Part shown: in pieces, positions 10,735-21,517 of the stretch | Position numbering within the stretch: position 1 is the first letter of the stretch | How the letters are laid out: every line of letters starts with the position of its first letter | Origin: a virus | Lineage: Duplodnaviria > Caudoviricetes | DNA length: 64,000 bases | IMG/VR virus record: IMGVR_UViG_3300010885_069896 | Location: 21,983-85,982 of that record | Strand: one strand, 5' to 3' | Notes under the pieces: generated by a model | Seen by the model: the letters and a program-made list of their open reading frames with translations, nothing else | Told to the model about the DNA's origin: nothing | Database searches by the model: none | Position numbers and translations under genes: made by a program

Positions 10735-13020
10735 ATGAGCAGAACACTAAAAGGCACAAGAGCCAGAGGGCTTCCTCCAAAAGTATTATTATCACAAAGG
10801 CAAGATGCAACAGGTAGTTTTCCCACAGTATGGAGAACTTCCAGTGATAATCGTACCGGAAAATACCCAGTATTTTTTAATGACAACAAGGTTGTTCCAT
10901 TTAATCAGTATGAAGCTGCTGATTATGACATCCCTAGTGGAATTGCGTATATTGAAAAGGTAGAGAATGTAGGAGCAGTAGAAACTGGCGGCACTAGTAT
11001 CGTAACCTACCCTACTGCATTCACAGGTGTACCAATCGTTGTTATATCCGAGCTAAGTAGCGCAAATGGGGATAGCTCCCAAAATGTCAATGTGTTTTTA
11101 AGCGCCAGCAATCCCAGCAATTTTACCGTAAAATTCTCTTCGCAATTCACTGGCAGTCTTGTTTATCGTGCTGTATATGATCCATCGCCGGGAACTCTTC
11201 GTGTTGTCGAGCGAGCACCAAGATATACCGCATCATACACTAGGCTCGTTGCAACGGCATCCAGCTTGAAGAACACAAACACAGTTGATATTACATTTAA
11301 TAATTTCGGTGACGATACAGCAGAAAACTTTGTAACTTTTTTCGATAGCACGGGCAACAGTCAATCAGATATATGGCCAAACATAACAGCACAAACTCGT
11401 ACTAGGGTTGCTTTGACGGCAAGTGCAATTGCTACCACAGTAGCACAGTTTGAACGCTTTCATCATGGCCTTCACAATCGTGGCATTATTTATCCTCTTG
11501 GCATGAACCAAGCAACCATTCTCGCTGGATTGTCCCAAGAGAATCAAATAGAGATGTATGGTTCTGTATCATTTATCAGTGGTGCAGTGGTTAACCAGCC
11601 AACCAAATGGATTGTTGCTTCTGGCAGCATGAAGAAAAATATTGCAGATACGTTTGTTACCTTTACTCCCGGTCAAGATATACAAGCCTTTAGAGATAAT
11701 TCAAATCCAGCAGTTGTTGGAAAAATATCTTCTTCGGTTAATGTAATAAATCCCTTCTATGCTACGGGAAGTGCAGTTGATGTTACTGGGCAAGGCTTTC
11801 AGCAGCCGCTATGGAGCAAGAGTAAAATAGAGATTGATTTAACACCTAGCGCAGTTCATACTATAAGTTTACCAAGAACAGGAAGCATCGGTACAAGTTT
11901 TCCAATGATGTATTGGAACGCAGAAAAAAAGCGCTATGAAGGAGTTGGACTTGGGAAACCCATTGGTGGTACTTATGCGGAAAATACCAATGGATTAAAA
12001 AGCTTTTTGGACGATCAAACAATTGGTTTTTCTGCTTGTGTTGATGGTGGAGGTGCGAGTCTTAATCAACAGAATTTATATAATGTATACAGTAGACAGA
12101 TAAGCAATTTTGGTTTTCCATATGCTCAAAAATTTCAGCCCACAGGTTCACAGCAGATAAATATGTCATATTATTTGTCCGAACCTTTTCTTTTAGAAAA
12201 ACTTGTGGTTGAAGTGAGTGCGGCAATTGGCCTTAGCGGAAGCTTAACAAGCCGTGCTGCTATATGGACTTTTTGTATGTTGAATACAAGAAACATGTTA
12301 TCCGGCGCTTCGGTTGGAAGTCAAACAATAATTCCATATAATGCTAGCACTGCCGGGACTTCATTTGTAACTTCTTCTGTGGCCGGATCATCCTACCTTG
12401 ATGTTATTGATTATTGCCAAATATCTTTTACTGGCAGCAATCCATTTAGTACTGCTTTTCAAGCGGGTGGTCGTGAATTAACTGTAACTCCAATATCCTA
12501 CGGAAGTCCCCAAAAAGGTTGGATACGCACAGGCCAGATGGTCGTTTCATCTTCCGTTAAAAACAGCATATCTCATCAAGGAGGAACAGCAAATTTTTCT
12601 GGATCGAATACTACTACAAAATTTTTGCAATCATTGAATTTATCTTCAAGAAACCAAATCACTAATGTAAACGGAAGAGATTGGACAACCAGCGAAGAAA
12701 AACCTCAAATTATAGGTTTCGCTACGCTTGAAAACATATCAACTCCTATAAACTCTTTCTACTTCAAAGAAAATCGATATCTTCTTCTGCCAAGTGATAA
12801 AATTACTCTAGCTTGGCACTTGCCTTGGCCAACTATTTTAGCTGGCGGCGGTGGTACTGATGGAGTATCGTCAATAACATTCTCTCCGCTTGGCGTCAAC
12901 AAGATAACCTTATACGGCTCATCTCTTCGTATTAACCCAGAGACAAATCAATTAGAAGAGCATCACGATACGCTCAATCAATTACTTAGCTCAGAGAGCA
13001 TTCACGAAAATTTGGGTTAG
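10735..13020 (+). CDS. Hypothetical structural protein, possibly tail-fibre/appendage associated
   Basis: 761-aa Ser/Thr/Gly-rich ORF; TSIVTYPTAFTGVPIVVIS..NFTVKF resembles the H-lectin-like modules of tail fibres. Confidence 0.55.
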   Translation: MSRTLKGTRARGLPPKVLLSQRQDATGSFPTVWRTSSDNRTGKYPVFFNDNKVVPFNQYEAADYDIPSGIAYIEKVENVGAVETGGTSIVTYPTAFTGVPIVVISELSSANGDSSQNVNVFLSASNPSNFTVKFSSQFTGSLVYRAVYDPSPGTLRVVERAPRYTASYTRLVATASSLKNTNTVDITFNNFGDDTAENFVTFFDSTGNSQSDIWPNITAQTRTRVALTASAIATTVAQFERFHHGLHNRGIIYPLGMNQATILAGLSQENQIEMYGSVSFISGAVVNQPTKWIVASGSMKKNIADTFVTFTPGQDIQAFRDNSNPAVVGKISSSVNVINPFYATGSAVDVTGQGFQQPLWSKSKIEIDLTPSAVHTISLPRTGSIGTSFPMMYWNAEKKRYEGVGLGKPIGGTYAENTNGLKSFLDDQTIGFSACVDGGGASLNQQNLYNVYSRQISNFGFPYAQKFQPTGSQQINMSYYLSEPFLLEKLVVEVSAAIGLSGSLTSRAAIWTFCMLNTRNMLSGASVGSQTIIPYNASTAGTSFVTSSVAGSSYLDVIDYCQISFTGSNPFSTAFQAGGRELTVTPISYGSPQKGWIRTGQMVVSSSVKNSISHQGGTANFSGSNTTTKFLQSLNLSSRNQITNVNGRDWTTSEEKPQIIGFATLENISTPINSFYFKENRYLLLPSDKITLAWHLPWPTILAGGGGTDGVSSITFSPLGVNKITLYGSSLRINPETNQLEEHHDTLNQLLSSESIHENLG

Positions 13021-13084
13021 AAACGTGCCCTTCCTATTAATACAAACAACCATCTTATAATCGAACAAAAGACTAATTAACATC

Positions 13085-14302
13085 ATGCCAATATATGACG
13101 TAGAAAATAGATTCTCTTATTACAAATCCTATTCTGATAATATTCTTGTCGGCCCTGCCAGACCAACTATGGGTTCGTATGATTGGCAAAGGAACGTTTC
13201 TGGAAGTGTTGTGAGTGGGTCCGAAGAATATAAGACAAGTATTTTATTTAGTGATTTTCTTAAAAAATACACTGCTCCATTTTATCGATCTGGAGAAGTT
13301 AGGTATATAAGATTTTTTAGTAAAAACCAAACAATAAAAGACAGCATCACACCATCTGCACTTGAATTATTGTTGACAGGATCTTCTCCATCAAAACCTA
13401 TATTTACCACAGTAGCACCATTTAATATTGCCACTCCCCTAACACCATTACCATTTTTAAAATTTATTTTTGCTATAGATGGTTTAAAAATAGAAGCTGA
13501 TGATTCTACAATAATAAACAATACAGAATGGGCCTTTTCTTTTCCTTATGAGAAAAAATATTTCAATGTCAATTCCTACGATTCAATGGCTTCAGAATTT
13601 TTCAATAAACTTTTTTCAATAGATAAAACAGCATACGGAGAAGATGCAACCACTACATTTTTTTTCACTTCTTCCGTTATTCCATCATTAAATACAACCT
13701 ATGAAAATGTATTGATAGCAACGTCTAAAAGTGGTTCGGTAGAAACGTATATAGAAAATTTTTGTGATGGTGTAGGGTATTATGATTCTTCTGCTGGCCC
13801 ATTCCCTTTCAGTCTGCTGGATATCGTTGGAAATGTGAATAATCTTAACTATAAGCAATCAATTGTGTTTGGTATAAGGCCATCAAGCATATTTTCTGTT
13901 CCGAATACCTTTATTCCAAGCAACACCGTTTATTTTACTAATATAGGGTTTACTATTGAGGGTTGGAAATATGGTCTTTATAATGGCCTTCCTACAAATT
14001 TCTCTGCCGTGTTCCGTCAAAACCACTACGGCCAGTTCCGTGATATGTTAGAGCAGCGCATATACACCAAAACTTATAATAATCCGTTGATAGGTGGTCC
14101 TATGGATAATAACGGTGGCATAAACTTTATATCTGGAAGTGCTCTATTAGGCGAAAGTAATGATTATATTACTGCATCAATATACGCTTCCGACAATGTG
14201 ACAGAAGCCTATAGAGTCAATCCATATGGTTCTGGTATATTTGATAAAGAATATAGAGCATCACAGCCATGGTATGATAATGATCCAAGGGTAGGGACAT
14301 AA
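13085..14302 (+). CDS. Hypothetical protein (tail/baseplate cluster)
   Basis: 405-aa ORF in a co-oriented structural operon. Confidence 0.6.
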   Translation: MPIYDVENRFSYYKSYSDNILVGPARPTMGSYDWQRNVSGSVVSGSEEYKTSILFSDFLKKYTAPFYRSGEVRYIRFFSKNQTIKDSITPSALELLLTGSSPSKPIFTTVAPFNIATPLTPLPFLKFIFAIDGLKIEADDSTIINNTEWAFSFPYEKKYFNVNSYDSMASEFFNKLFSIDKTAYGEDATTTFFFTSSVIPSLNTTYENVLIATSKSGSVETYIENFCDGVGYYDSSAGPFPFSLLDIVGNVNNLNYKQSIVFGIRPSSIFSVPNTFIPSNTVYFTNIGFTIEGWKYGLYNGLPTNFSAVFRQNHYGQFRDMLEQRIYTKTYNNPLIGGPMDNNGGINFISGSALLGESNDYITASIYASDNVTEAYRVNPYGSGIFDKEYRASQPWYDNDPRVGT

Positions 14303-14306
14303 TATC

Positions 14307-15383
14307 ATGGGAATATTAAATCAAAAGAATTCTATCATGGACACCATCTTAACGGATGAAGGTCGCAGGCAGCTAGGGACAGGTAAATTTCAACCAGTAT
14401 TTTATTCATTCAGCGATGCTGGTGCTGTTTATTCTCCATTAGATACCTTTGTCTCAGGAACATCACCAGAAACAAATATTGCAACAACATTGACTTTTGA
14501 AGCATTCCCATTGCCTCAAGATCAAGTGGCCTACGAAGCAGACGATGCTGGTGGGTTAGTTGCTTCTAGAAAAAATAATTACTTTCAGTTACCATCATTT
14601 GATAATGTGAGGGTTCTTTCCGGTAAATTGATTCAAGGATGGGAAACCGGTAACCCACAAATCCTAACATCATCAGCACAATTTTCTTCATTGGCTTCAT
14701 CTGTTATGTCTGGGACTACGGATAATTTTCGTAAGCTTATGATATTAAAAAGCCCAGATTTATTATATGCCAATCGTGACGAGTTTAAATTAAGCACAGA
14801 AAACGTGCTAGAATTTCGTATTGATGATAATACTCTTTTGCCTGGAAATATAACAAAAGGTATTTTAGAATCATCTGAGAATCTTTTTTCAGATCGTAGA
14901 TTGTCTCATATTGATAACTTTAGCTATCTTCCTCCTATAAATAAAAGGACTATTCCAAATCGGCCATCGACGGAAATAGGAAATTATGGCAATGTTATTA
15001 ACGGAAACAGACAAATATTAACATATGATGATCTAAGGAATGAATTTCAGCATACGGTCGTCCAAACTGGAAGCGTACAGCAGATAAGTTATTTGCAAAA
15101 GCAAACTGTGCAATTCAGTGAAACAAGTATTACCAATAGATTAATGGGTCAAATGTTTGAAGTAGCTCAAGGCAAAATAACAAAGCTTGATGTAATTGAT
15201 TTTGGTATTTTTACAGTTAAAAGAACTGATCCGCCTCTATTTCCAGACGCTGTAGCAACTCCTCTTAACCAAGATCTAGTTACCGCAACAACCCGTACTC
15301 AGGTTTATTTTGTTGGTAAAGTATTCTTAGATTCTACTGGAAACAATAAATTCATTAATATTTTTACACTTGTATATCAGTGA
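14307..15383 (+). CDS. Conserved-type virion protein with a tail-collar-like N-terminus
   Basis: MGILNQKNSIMDTILTDEGRRQL..FSD resembles the ILT..GR..L N-terminal motif of tail-collar/fibre-attachment proteins. Confidence 0.5.
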   Translation: MGILNQKNSIMDTILTDEGRRQLGTGKFQPVFYSFSDAGAVYSPLDTFVSGTSPETNIATTLTFEAFPLPQDQVAYEADDAGGLVASRKNNYFQLPSFDNVRVLSGKLIQGWETGNPQILTSSAQFSSLASSVMSGTTDNFRKLMILKSPDLLYANRDEFKLSTENVLEFRIDDNTLLPGNITKGILESSENLFSDRRLSHIDNFSYLPPINKRTIPNRPSTEIGNYGNVINGNRQILTYDDLRNEFQHTVVQTGSVQQISYLQKQTVQFSETSITNRLMGQMFEVAQGKITKLDVIDFGIFTVKRTDPPLFPDAVATPLNQDLVTATTRTQVYFVGKVFLDSTGNNKFINIFTLVYQ

Positions 15384-15494
15384 TCGCAAATCACACATCA
15401 CACGCCCAAAATAAGAAGTGACTTAATCAACACAGATTTTTACCATACAGGTAATTTGTCTAGATACTATATATTTTTGATAGGTTTATAAAAC

Positions 15495-17912
15495 GTGGAA
15501 ATTAAATCAAACACAATACAGGTCATTACGGCTAATGATAATTTTGCTTCTCTTGAAGAAATTTCAATAAGTCATTACTTGTACAGTTTCAATCTTTCGG
15601 TAAATAAACCAACTGTTTTATCTTTAAAAGCTAATCAGTTGATCGTAAGGACATATCAAGATAACCCAAAGACTTCGGTAGCTTTATCAATTTTTGATAA
15701 AACAAACAATCAAACGCTAAATGTTCTTAATCAAGATGCTACAAAAATAATCAATAACATCAAGCAGAGATCTAACAGGGCATTTACTGACATAAGCAAT
15801 ACAAGAAAATCATATTTATCATATCAATGTTTCACTATGGATTATCTTATCCAAAAATATTCTAATGGTGTAGGGTATTCAATTATAAATTCATCCGATA
15901 ACATACCGATTAAAAATGATATATATTCTGTGCCAAATTTAATTAAGCAAGAACAATTGAATGAAGATCGTGTGCTTTCTGAATTGAACATACAATTGCT
16001 AGAAGAATATAAAATTGATCCGGCTTCTGTTATTACAAAAATATATAGTTCGCAAACACCTTACGAAATCAATAATGGTGTCAATAAAGATCAATATTAT
16101 TTAACAAAAACAGAAGGATATACTGACCAAGCAAAACAAATAACGCAGCAGCTTCTTCATGAAAATTTTGCAGAATCTGGTAGTCGAGTATCCATACAAA
16201 CTTATGATATTTCTTCTCAAGACACCATACAAATTAACGTTGAGCAAATGTTGCCTGCCGCCGCAGTAGAAAGTTCAGATTTTTATGTGATGTTTTCTGT
16301 CTATGATATAGACAATAATCTAATACAAGAATTCGTAAAATACGTATCTCACAATAAAAATATTAGTTTATTTACACACATAAAATCTCCACCAATACTA
16401 AATGTAAATAAAAAAGACGATGGCACAGTTGAGATATTTTTACAACAGACAGATCCTAATGCAACTGGCGTGAAAATATATAAAACAGTATTCACTGAAA
16501 CCATCCAACCTTTTAATGCAATGCAGCATTTGGTTGGTAGCTATGAATTAGCCTATGGAAATGTTTTAAAAAGAACTCTTACCACCGAGAATTTAGGCTT
16601 TATATTATATCGTGCTTTAAGCTATAATGCATTTGGTGATGTGAGTTCAGAGTTTTCAAGTCAAGTAGTTGAAAATCAGACAGAAAGCGTTGACGGATCT
16701 CCAAGACCTAATGTTTTTCTGTCATTAAATCATGAATATACGCTTGGCGGTATAAATTTAATAATATCAGAAATAACAAATAACATTTCTGTTATAAAAT
16801 TATATAAAACAAATATAACGATAGACCCAGATACAGAAACATTAATCCAAACATTTTTTATTGGTGGGGCAACTCAAAATACATCATTTCTTTACTTTGA
16901 TAATAATCTGGATCAATATAAAACTTATCGTTACAGATGCATCGTTATTGATAATAAAGGTCAAGAGTTTGACTGTACTGGCGTTGAGGAAATGTATTAT
17001 AGACCTGTATCGCAAAATTATGCAGCCGTTACAGTCACTTCGCCGGTTGTCAGCAACATACAGCTTCCATCCGAAAATTCGCAAGCATATGATGTAACTT
17101 TTACTATTGATTATGCAATTAATAAAAAATTGGAAGATAATCTAAAAGATATATTGACAAAACAGGGGCTGATAGAATATTATGGCGGCGATATTCAAAG
17201 AGAACGCCTAAAGGATCTACTTGTCACTAAAGTTGAATTAAGAGACTTGGACAGTAATGAAAAAGTATTTCTAACATACACTGCTGATGTTTTTACACAA
17301 AGCAAAACAAAGTATGGGTATATTAATAAAAACTCGAAGTACTCATACGAGTTAACAACATATGTAAGAAACCCAGCGACTCTCTTAGAATCCGTGATAT
17401 TGACAGGATCATCTACTCCACGGTCAAATGGTTCAAATACATCAATTACTTATACTTATAAACCATCAGTATTTGATCATCCTTTCGCTTTATCTCAAGG
17501 AATAAATCCTAAAAAAAGCGGAGATGAGTTTTGTACATATTTTGGTTTAAATCAATTCGCATTTGGGGATGTCACTTCTATTGATTATGTAAAAATTGAT
17601 CTTACGGAGCCAAAAGCTTCTCTTGGAGCCATAAAAGCGTTTTTATTCAATAGCAAGAATATCCAATTGGCTTGGTCGGTGAGTGGGAACCAAGAGGAAA
17701 TTAGTCACTTTATAATTAAAAGACAGAATATAGAAACAGGAAAATTGGATATTATTGGAAAAGCACACGGAATCAATCCACAGAACGCATTTACATACAT
17801 TGATCCAGTTAGATATACGGAGACCGGTGTGTTTAGATATATTATCACTATACAGTATTTTAATATGATGCTTAGCCAGGATTACAATAGCAACGAAGTG
17901 GTGATTTCATGA
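15495..17912 (+). CDS. Large hypothetical protein with FN3/Ig-like beta segments
   Basis: 805-aa ORF with GTG start; IQLAWSV...ISHFIIKRQ...FTYID...YRYII and LYFDNNL..YKTYRYRC patterns resemble fibronectin type III folds. Confidence 0.55.
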   Translation: MEIKSNTIQVITANDNFASLEEISISHYLYSFNLSVNKPTVLSLKANQLIVRTYQDNPKTSVALSIFDKTNNQTLNVLNQDATKIINNIKQRSNRAFTDISNTRKSYLSYQCFTMDYLIQKYSNGVGYSIINSSDNIPIKNDIYSVPNLIKQEQLNEDRVLSELNIQLLEEYKIDPASVITKIYSSQTPYEINNGVNKDQYYLTKTEGYTDQAKQITQQLLHENFAESGSRVSIQTYDISSQDTIQINVEQMLPAAAVESSDFYVMFSVYDIDNNLIQEFVKYVSHNKNISLFTHIKSPPILNVNKKDDGTVEIFLQQTDPNATGVKIYKTVFTETIQPFNAMQHLVGSYELAYGNVLKRTLTTENLGFILYRALSYNAFGDVSSEFSSQVVENQTESVDGSPRPNVFLSLNHEYTLGGINLIISEITNNISVIKLYKTNITIDPDTETLIQTFFIGGATQNTSFLYFDNNLDQYKTYRYRCIVIDNKGQEFDCTGVEEMYYRPVSQNYAAVTVTSPVVSNIQLPSENSQAYDVTFTIDYAINKKLEDNLKDILTKQGLIEYYGGDIQRERLKDLLVTKVELRDLDSNEKVFLTYTADVFTQSKTKYGYINKNSKYSYELTTYVRNPATLLESVILTGSSTPRSNGSNTSITYTYKPSVFDHPFALSQGINPKKSGDEFCTYFGLNQFAFGDVTSIDYVKIDLTEPKASLGAIKAFLFNSKNIQLAWSVSGNQEEISHFIIKRQNIETGKLDIIGKAHGINPQNAFTYIDPVRYTETGVFRYIITIQYFNMMLSQDYNSNEVVIS

Positions 17913-20900
17913 GCTCAACAAGAAACAATTCTCCTTTGTCTTTCGGAGAAATAACAATACAACCAGCCAGGACACCACAGTTAGCACAGCAAAATGTTTT
18001 GGCTTCTACACCCAATCTATTAGCTTCACCAATGGTACCTGCTTCAACTACTGCCAACTTTGTCCCAGCGGTTCCTATTGGCGTCTCAAACCTTTCTACA
18101 TTCGTTATACCGGTGCAATCTCCACTTATAACATTAACTGGAACGAATGACCCTTTTATAGCTCCGTCGCTGATATTTATCCCAAGACCAAACGCAATAA
18201 AAAGATTGACAGATCGGGATTCGCAAGAAGAAACACTGTCTATTGAAACATACAGTTTTATAAATGGTCAAGCTGTTTATAATATTAATAGTTTAAGATG
18301 CGAGATATTAGCTTTGCTAGAGTTTAAATCAATATATGATAACTCTATTACTATTAATTCTTTTGGTTCTTACTTTGAAGATTTATATCAGTCTAGCATA
18401 TTACGTGATTCATTGAGAAAATATTTGCTTGTAAACAGGGTAAGTAATTCTAACATATTAGCCGTTGGCCTTGATCAATTATCCACAAGAATCACACAAG
18501 ATATTGATGCATCTAAAGGTAAAATTGCGGTGTTGGATTCTTTAATATATAAAATTAAAAATATCAACAATGTTCTGGATGTTAAGAACAGTTTGTCAGA
18601 TTCTTATGTTTTCACTAATCCTAGCCAGCCATTAAGACAGTTTTTTACTTCTGCGATGCTTTTCTCAGAACAAACATATAATATATTTTCAGATACCAAA
18701 GTACTTTATCAATTACTTTTTGATCTAGGTGGTATTATTGAAAAATGTTCTTTTAATTTATTGAGCAACTTTACTGATTTTGATAGAACAAATTATGTTA
18801 AAAACTCTGATACGATAAGGCAACAAACGGTTCAGGACTCCGTAACAATAGATCTGACTTATGGTGATAATTTAAAATATAACTCAAAGACATTGAAAGG
18901 AAAATATATAAATGATTCTGTTTCATTTAACGGAATATTAAACTCTCTTCCTCCATTATCAACCAATAGATTTAAATTTATTACCAATTTACTTTCTAAA
19001 GAAATGCGGATATCAAAAGGACTTGGTAAATACAAAATACCTGAATCTAAGTTTTTTGGATTTAAAAATCAGGGCAATCCTTTTGATAGTATTATTGGCA
19101 CCGTTCCAAATGATATATTCTCGGAGCCTGTTGGAAATAACAGTTTATCTACACTCTTTTATATTAAAACAGGAAATCAAAATGTAGTTGTCTTGCCTTT
19201 CGAAAATAGGCAAGTAGTTGGCGACAATGAAACCGTGTTTGTTCCAGGTAGTGTTTACTTTTCTGATGGTATTTTAAAAGGAGATCTTTCATCCTATAAC
19301 ACCTACCGAGAAGTTTTTTCAACAAGAATCACCAATGCAAAAACGGTTGTTGAAAAATTGTTAACTCAGCAATCTGATAATGATAAAACATCCAAAGATC
19401 TTGTTTCTACGAATATTCTTAATAAATCGCTTGGATTATATAAAATTTCCCAAGATTTTATTCGAGGAATAAATTTTGACTCAACTTCAGTTCTAAGTTT
19501 TATTTTATTTCTTAGCGGAAACTCAAATCCTAAAATTAAATTCGAAGTATTTAAAATGCTTCTATTAATAATTTTATATAACAACAGAAGAGATGTAAGT
19601 CAAAATGTGTTGCAGACCGATAAATTTAGAGATTTATTGTTCAATGAAATGGCGCAGCAAAAACTTCAAGGTTTCACGGATTCAATCACTGAAGAAAACA
19701 TTGGCAGAATTTTAGATTTACAGATAAGTCTAGTTAAAAATTTACTTCTCAATACCATGACTAGGACAAAATCAGGAAAAGAAGAGGAATCCGCATTACA
19801 AAACACGGACACAGCAGAAGCGTATTCAAATACACAAAGAGAGCAGCTTGGAAAAGAAGTTGCACAGCCGTTTCCGCAGAGAAACAATCCGAATAACAGT
19901 TCAATCCAAATTGCTGTACAGCAGTTTACACAATTGACATATTGCCTAAGAGGAGAACAGAATTTATTAAAAAACGTTGTCGATCTAGCAAAATCTTTAT
20001 TTACTGCGGGCAGTGATGATGATAACATCTATTACATCATCGAAAACAGCACATTAACTAGATTTAATAATGTTAGTGTTTCTGGATTTCTTCTTATGGT
20101 GTTTGAAATGTTTTCATCACTGGTTGATCAGTTTGCAAAGCCAAACATGAGCTATAATTTAATTGATGGATTCGGATCAAGAAATACAGATTCTCAATAT
20201 ATTAGATTTTTATTTGTTGGTAATTCTTTAGAATCTATCAGCAACAGCATAAGACAATTTCAAATAGGCGCTACATACAATAATCCAATTATTGATGATT
20301 ACTCTAGGAAACTACAGCAGGAAGACGAAATCATTGATAATATAATATTATTTTTTGATCGTATGAACTCGCAAATGAAAAATGTAGTTGCTCCGTCTCC
20401 AAATGAAATCAGTGTTTTGTCATCAATGTCCACTACAAATCCAAATTCATTGTCAACTGCTAGAACTGCAAAAAATACGTTAAATTATATTTTAAATAAA
20501 CTGAACTCATATAATCCAACTGGAAATCCATCACTAAATTTTTATTTACCAAGTGGAAAATCAATTAGTGATAAAAATTACGTCGCACTAAAATCATGTT
20601 TAAAGAACCATAGATTTTTGAGTGGTAAAAATAAAATAGCGACAGTTGGAATTCCATACGGATTCACCGATTCCGCTTTGTCGGCACGGCTTTATAAATC
20701 CGAAACATACAACGGTAAACTACAACAAGAAACAAATGATGTAATAAACATTAAGGTTTATAAATTAAATAAAAATAATGAGGCTGTAATTTATAAACCA
20801 CAGTCAATTAAATTTGACCTTTCGTTATTTGCAAGGGGATTCGATAGATATCCCATGGAGTTGCTGGCGAATCAAAGCTATGACCAATTAGTAACATTGT

Positions 20901-21517
20901 TTGAATTCTATGACTTCGATGAAGATAATCCATTTACCGAAGTAATAGCAGAAAATGCAGAAGTTTTTTCTACCACCGATCCATATTATAGCATATCGCA
21001 GGATCGTCGAGATTTAGCTAAAGAATTAAGCCGTAATTTATTTGAAAGCTTTATGCTTGATTTATACTTGCATTTATTAACTGGACTAAATACCGCTGAA
21101 GAAACTTATATAAAATATAGCCAAAATGAAATAAATACTTTTAATACTGAGCTTGGGAAAATTGGTTCAGGTGCAGCAGATTTGTCAAAAGTTAAACTTA
21201 TGTCGCCAGAATATAAAACATTACTTGATCAGTTTAAAGATAAGCTAGATGATGTTAAATTAATGCTGACTCTTTGTAACGATATACCAGGAACAGTGTT
21301 TAGAGAAAAAGAATACGATCGAACATATACTATTATGTTTGACTCAGATAAATTTCCTATAGATGTAGAAGCTATGAGTAAGACTGTAGAAGGTAAAGAA
21401 ATGCTAGGATTGATGTATAGCTCAAACCAAGTATACACTGAAGATAATGAGCTATATAAATACTCAGAAGATTTTGTGATCGATCAGTACTTTATTAATG
21501 TGGAGTTAATACAATAA
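17909..21517 (+). CDS. Very large hypothetical protein
   Basis: 1202-aa uninterrupted ORF with a 4-nt overlap to the upstream gene; no family recognised. Confidence 0.65.
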   Translation: MSSTRNNSPLSFGEITIQPARTPQLAQQNVLASTPNLLASPMVPASTTANFVPAVPIGVSNLSTFVIPVQSPLITLTGTNDPFIAPSLIFIPRPNAIKRLTDRDSQEETLSIETYSFINGQAVYNINSLRCEILALLEFKSIYDNSITINSFGSYFEDLYQSSILRDSLRKYLLVNRVSNSNILAVGLDQLSTRITQDIDASKGKIAVLDSLIYKIKNINNVLDVKNSLSDSYVFTNPSQPLRQFFTSAMLFSEQTYNIFSDTKVLYQLLFDLGGIIEKCSFNLLSNFTDFDRTNYVKNSDTIRQQTVQDSVTIDLTYGDNLKYNSKTLKGKYINDSVSFNGILNSLPPLSTNRFKFITNLLSKEMRISKGLGKYKIPESKFFGFKNQGNPFDSIIGTVPNDIFSEPVGNNSLSTLFYIKTGNQNVVVLPFENRQVVGDNETVFVPGSVYFSDGILKGDLSSYNTYREVFSTRITNAKTVVEKLLTQQSDNDKTSKDLVSTNILNKSLGLYKISQDFIRGINFDSTSVLSFILFLSGNSNPKIKFEVFKMLLLIILYNNRRDVSQNVLQTDKFRDLLFNEMAQQKLQGFTDSITEENIGRILDLQISLVKNLLLNTMTRTKSGKEEESALQNTDTAEAYSNTQREQLGKEVAQPFPQRNNPNNSSIQIAVQQFTQLTYCLRGEQNLLKNVVDLAKSLFTAGSDDDNIYYIIENSTLTRFNNVSVSGFLLMVFEMFSSLVDQFAKPNMSYNLIDGFGSRNTDSQYIRFLFVGNSLESISNSIRQFQIGATYNNPIIDDYSRKLQQEDEIIDNIILFFDRMNSQMKNVVAPSPNEISVLSSMSTTNPNSLSTARTAKNTLNYILNKLNSYNPTGNPSLNFYLPSGKSISDKNYVALKSCLKNHRFLSGKNKIATVGIPYGFTDSALSARLYKSETYNGKLQQETNDVINIKVYKLNKNNEAVIYKPQSIKFDLSLFARGFDRYPMELLANQSYDQLVTLFEFYDFDEDNPFTEVIAENAEVFSTTDPYYSISQDRRDLAKELSRNLFESFMLDLYLHLLTGLNTAEETYIKYSQNEINTFNTELGKIGSGAADLSKVKLMSPEYKTLLDQFKDKLDDVKLMLTLCNDIPGTVFREKEYDRTYTIMFDSDKFPIDVEAMSKTVEGKEMLGLMYSSNQVYTEDNELYKYSEDFVIDQYFINVELIQ

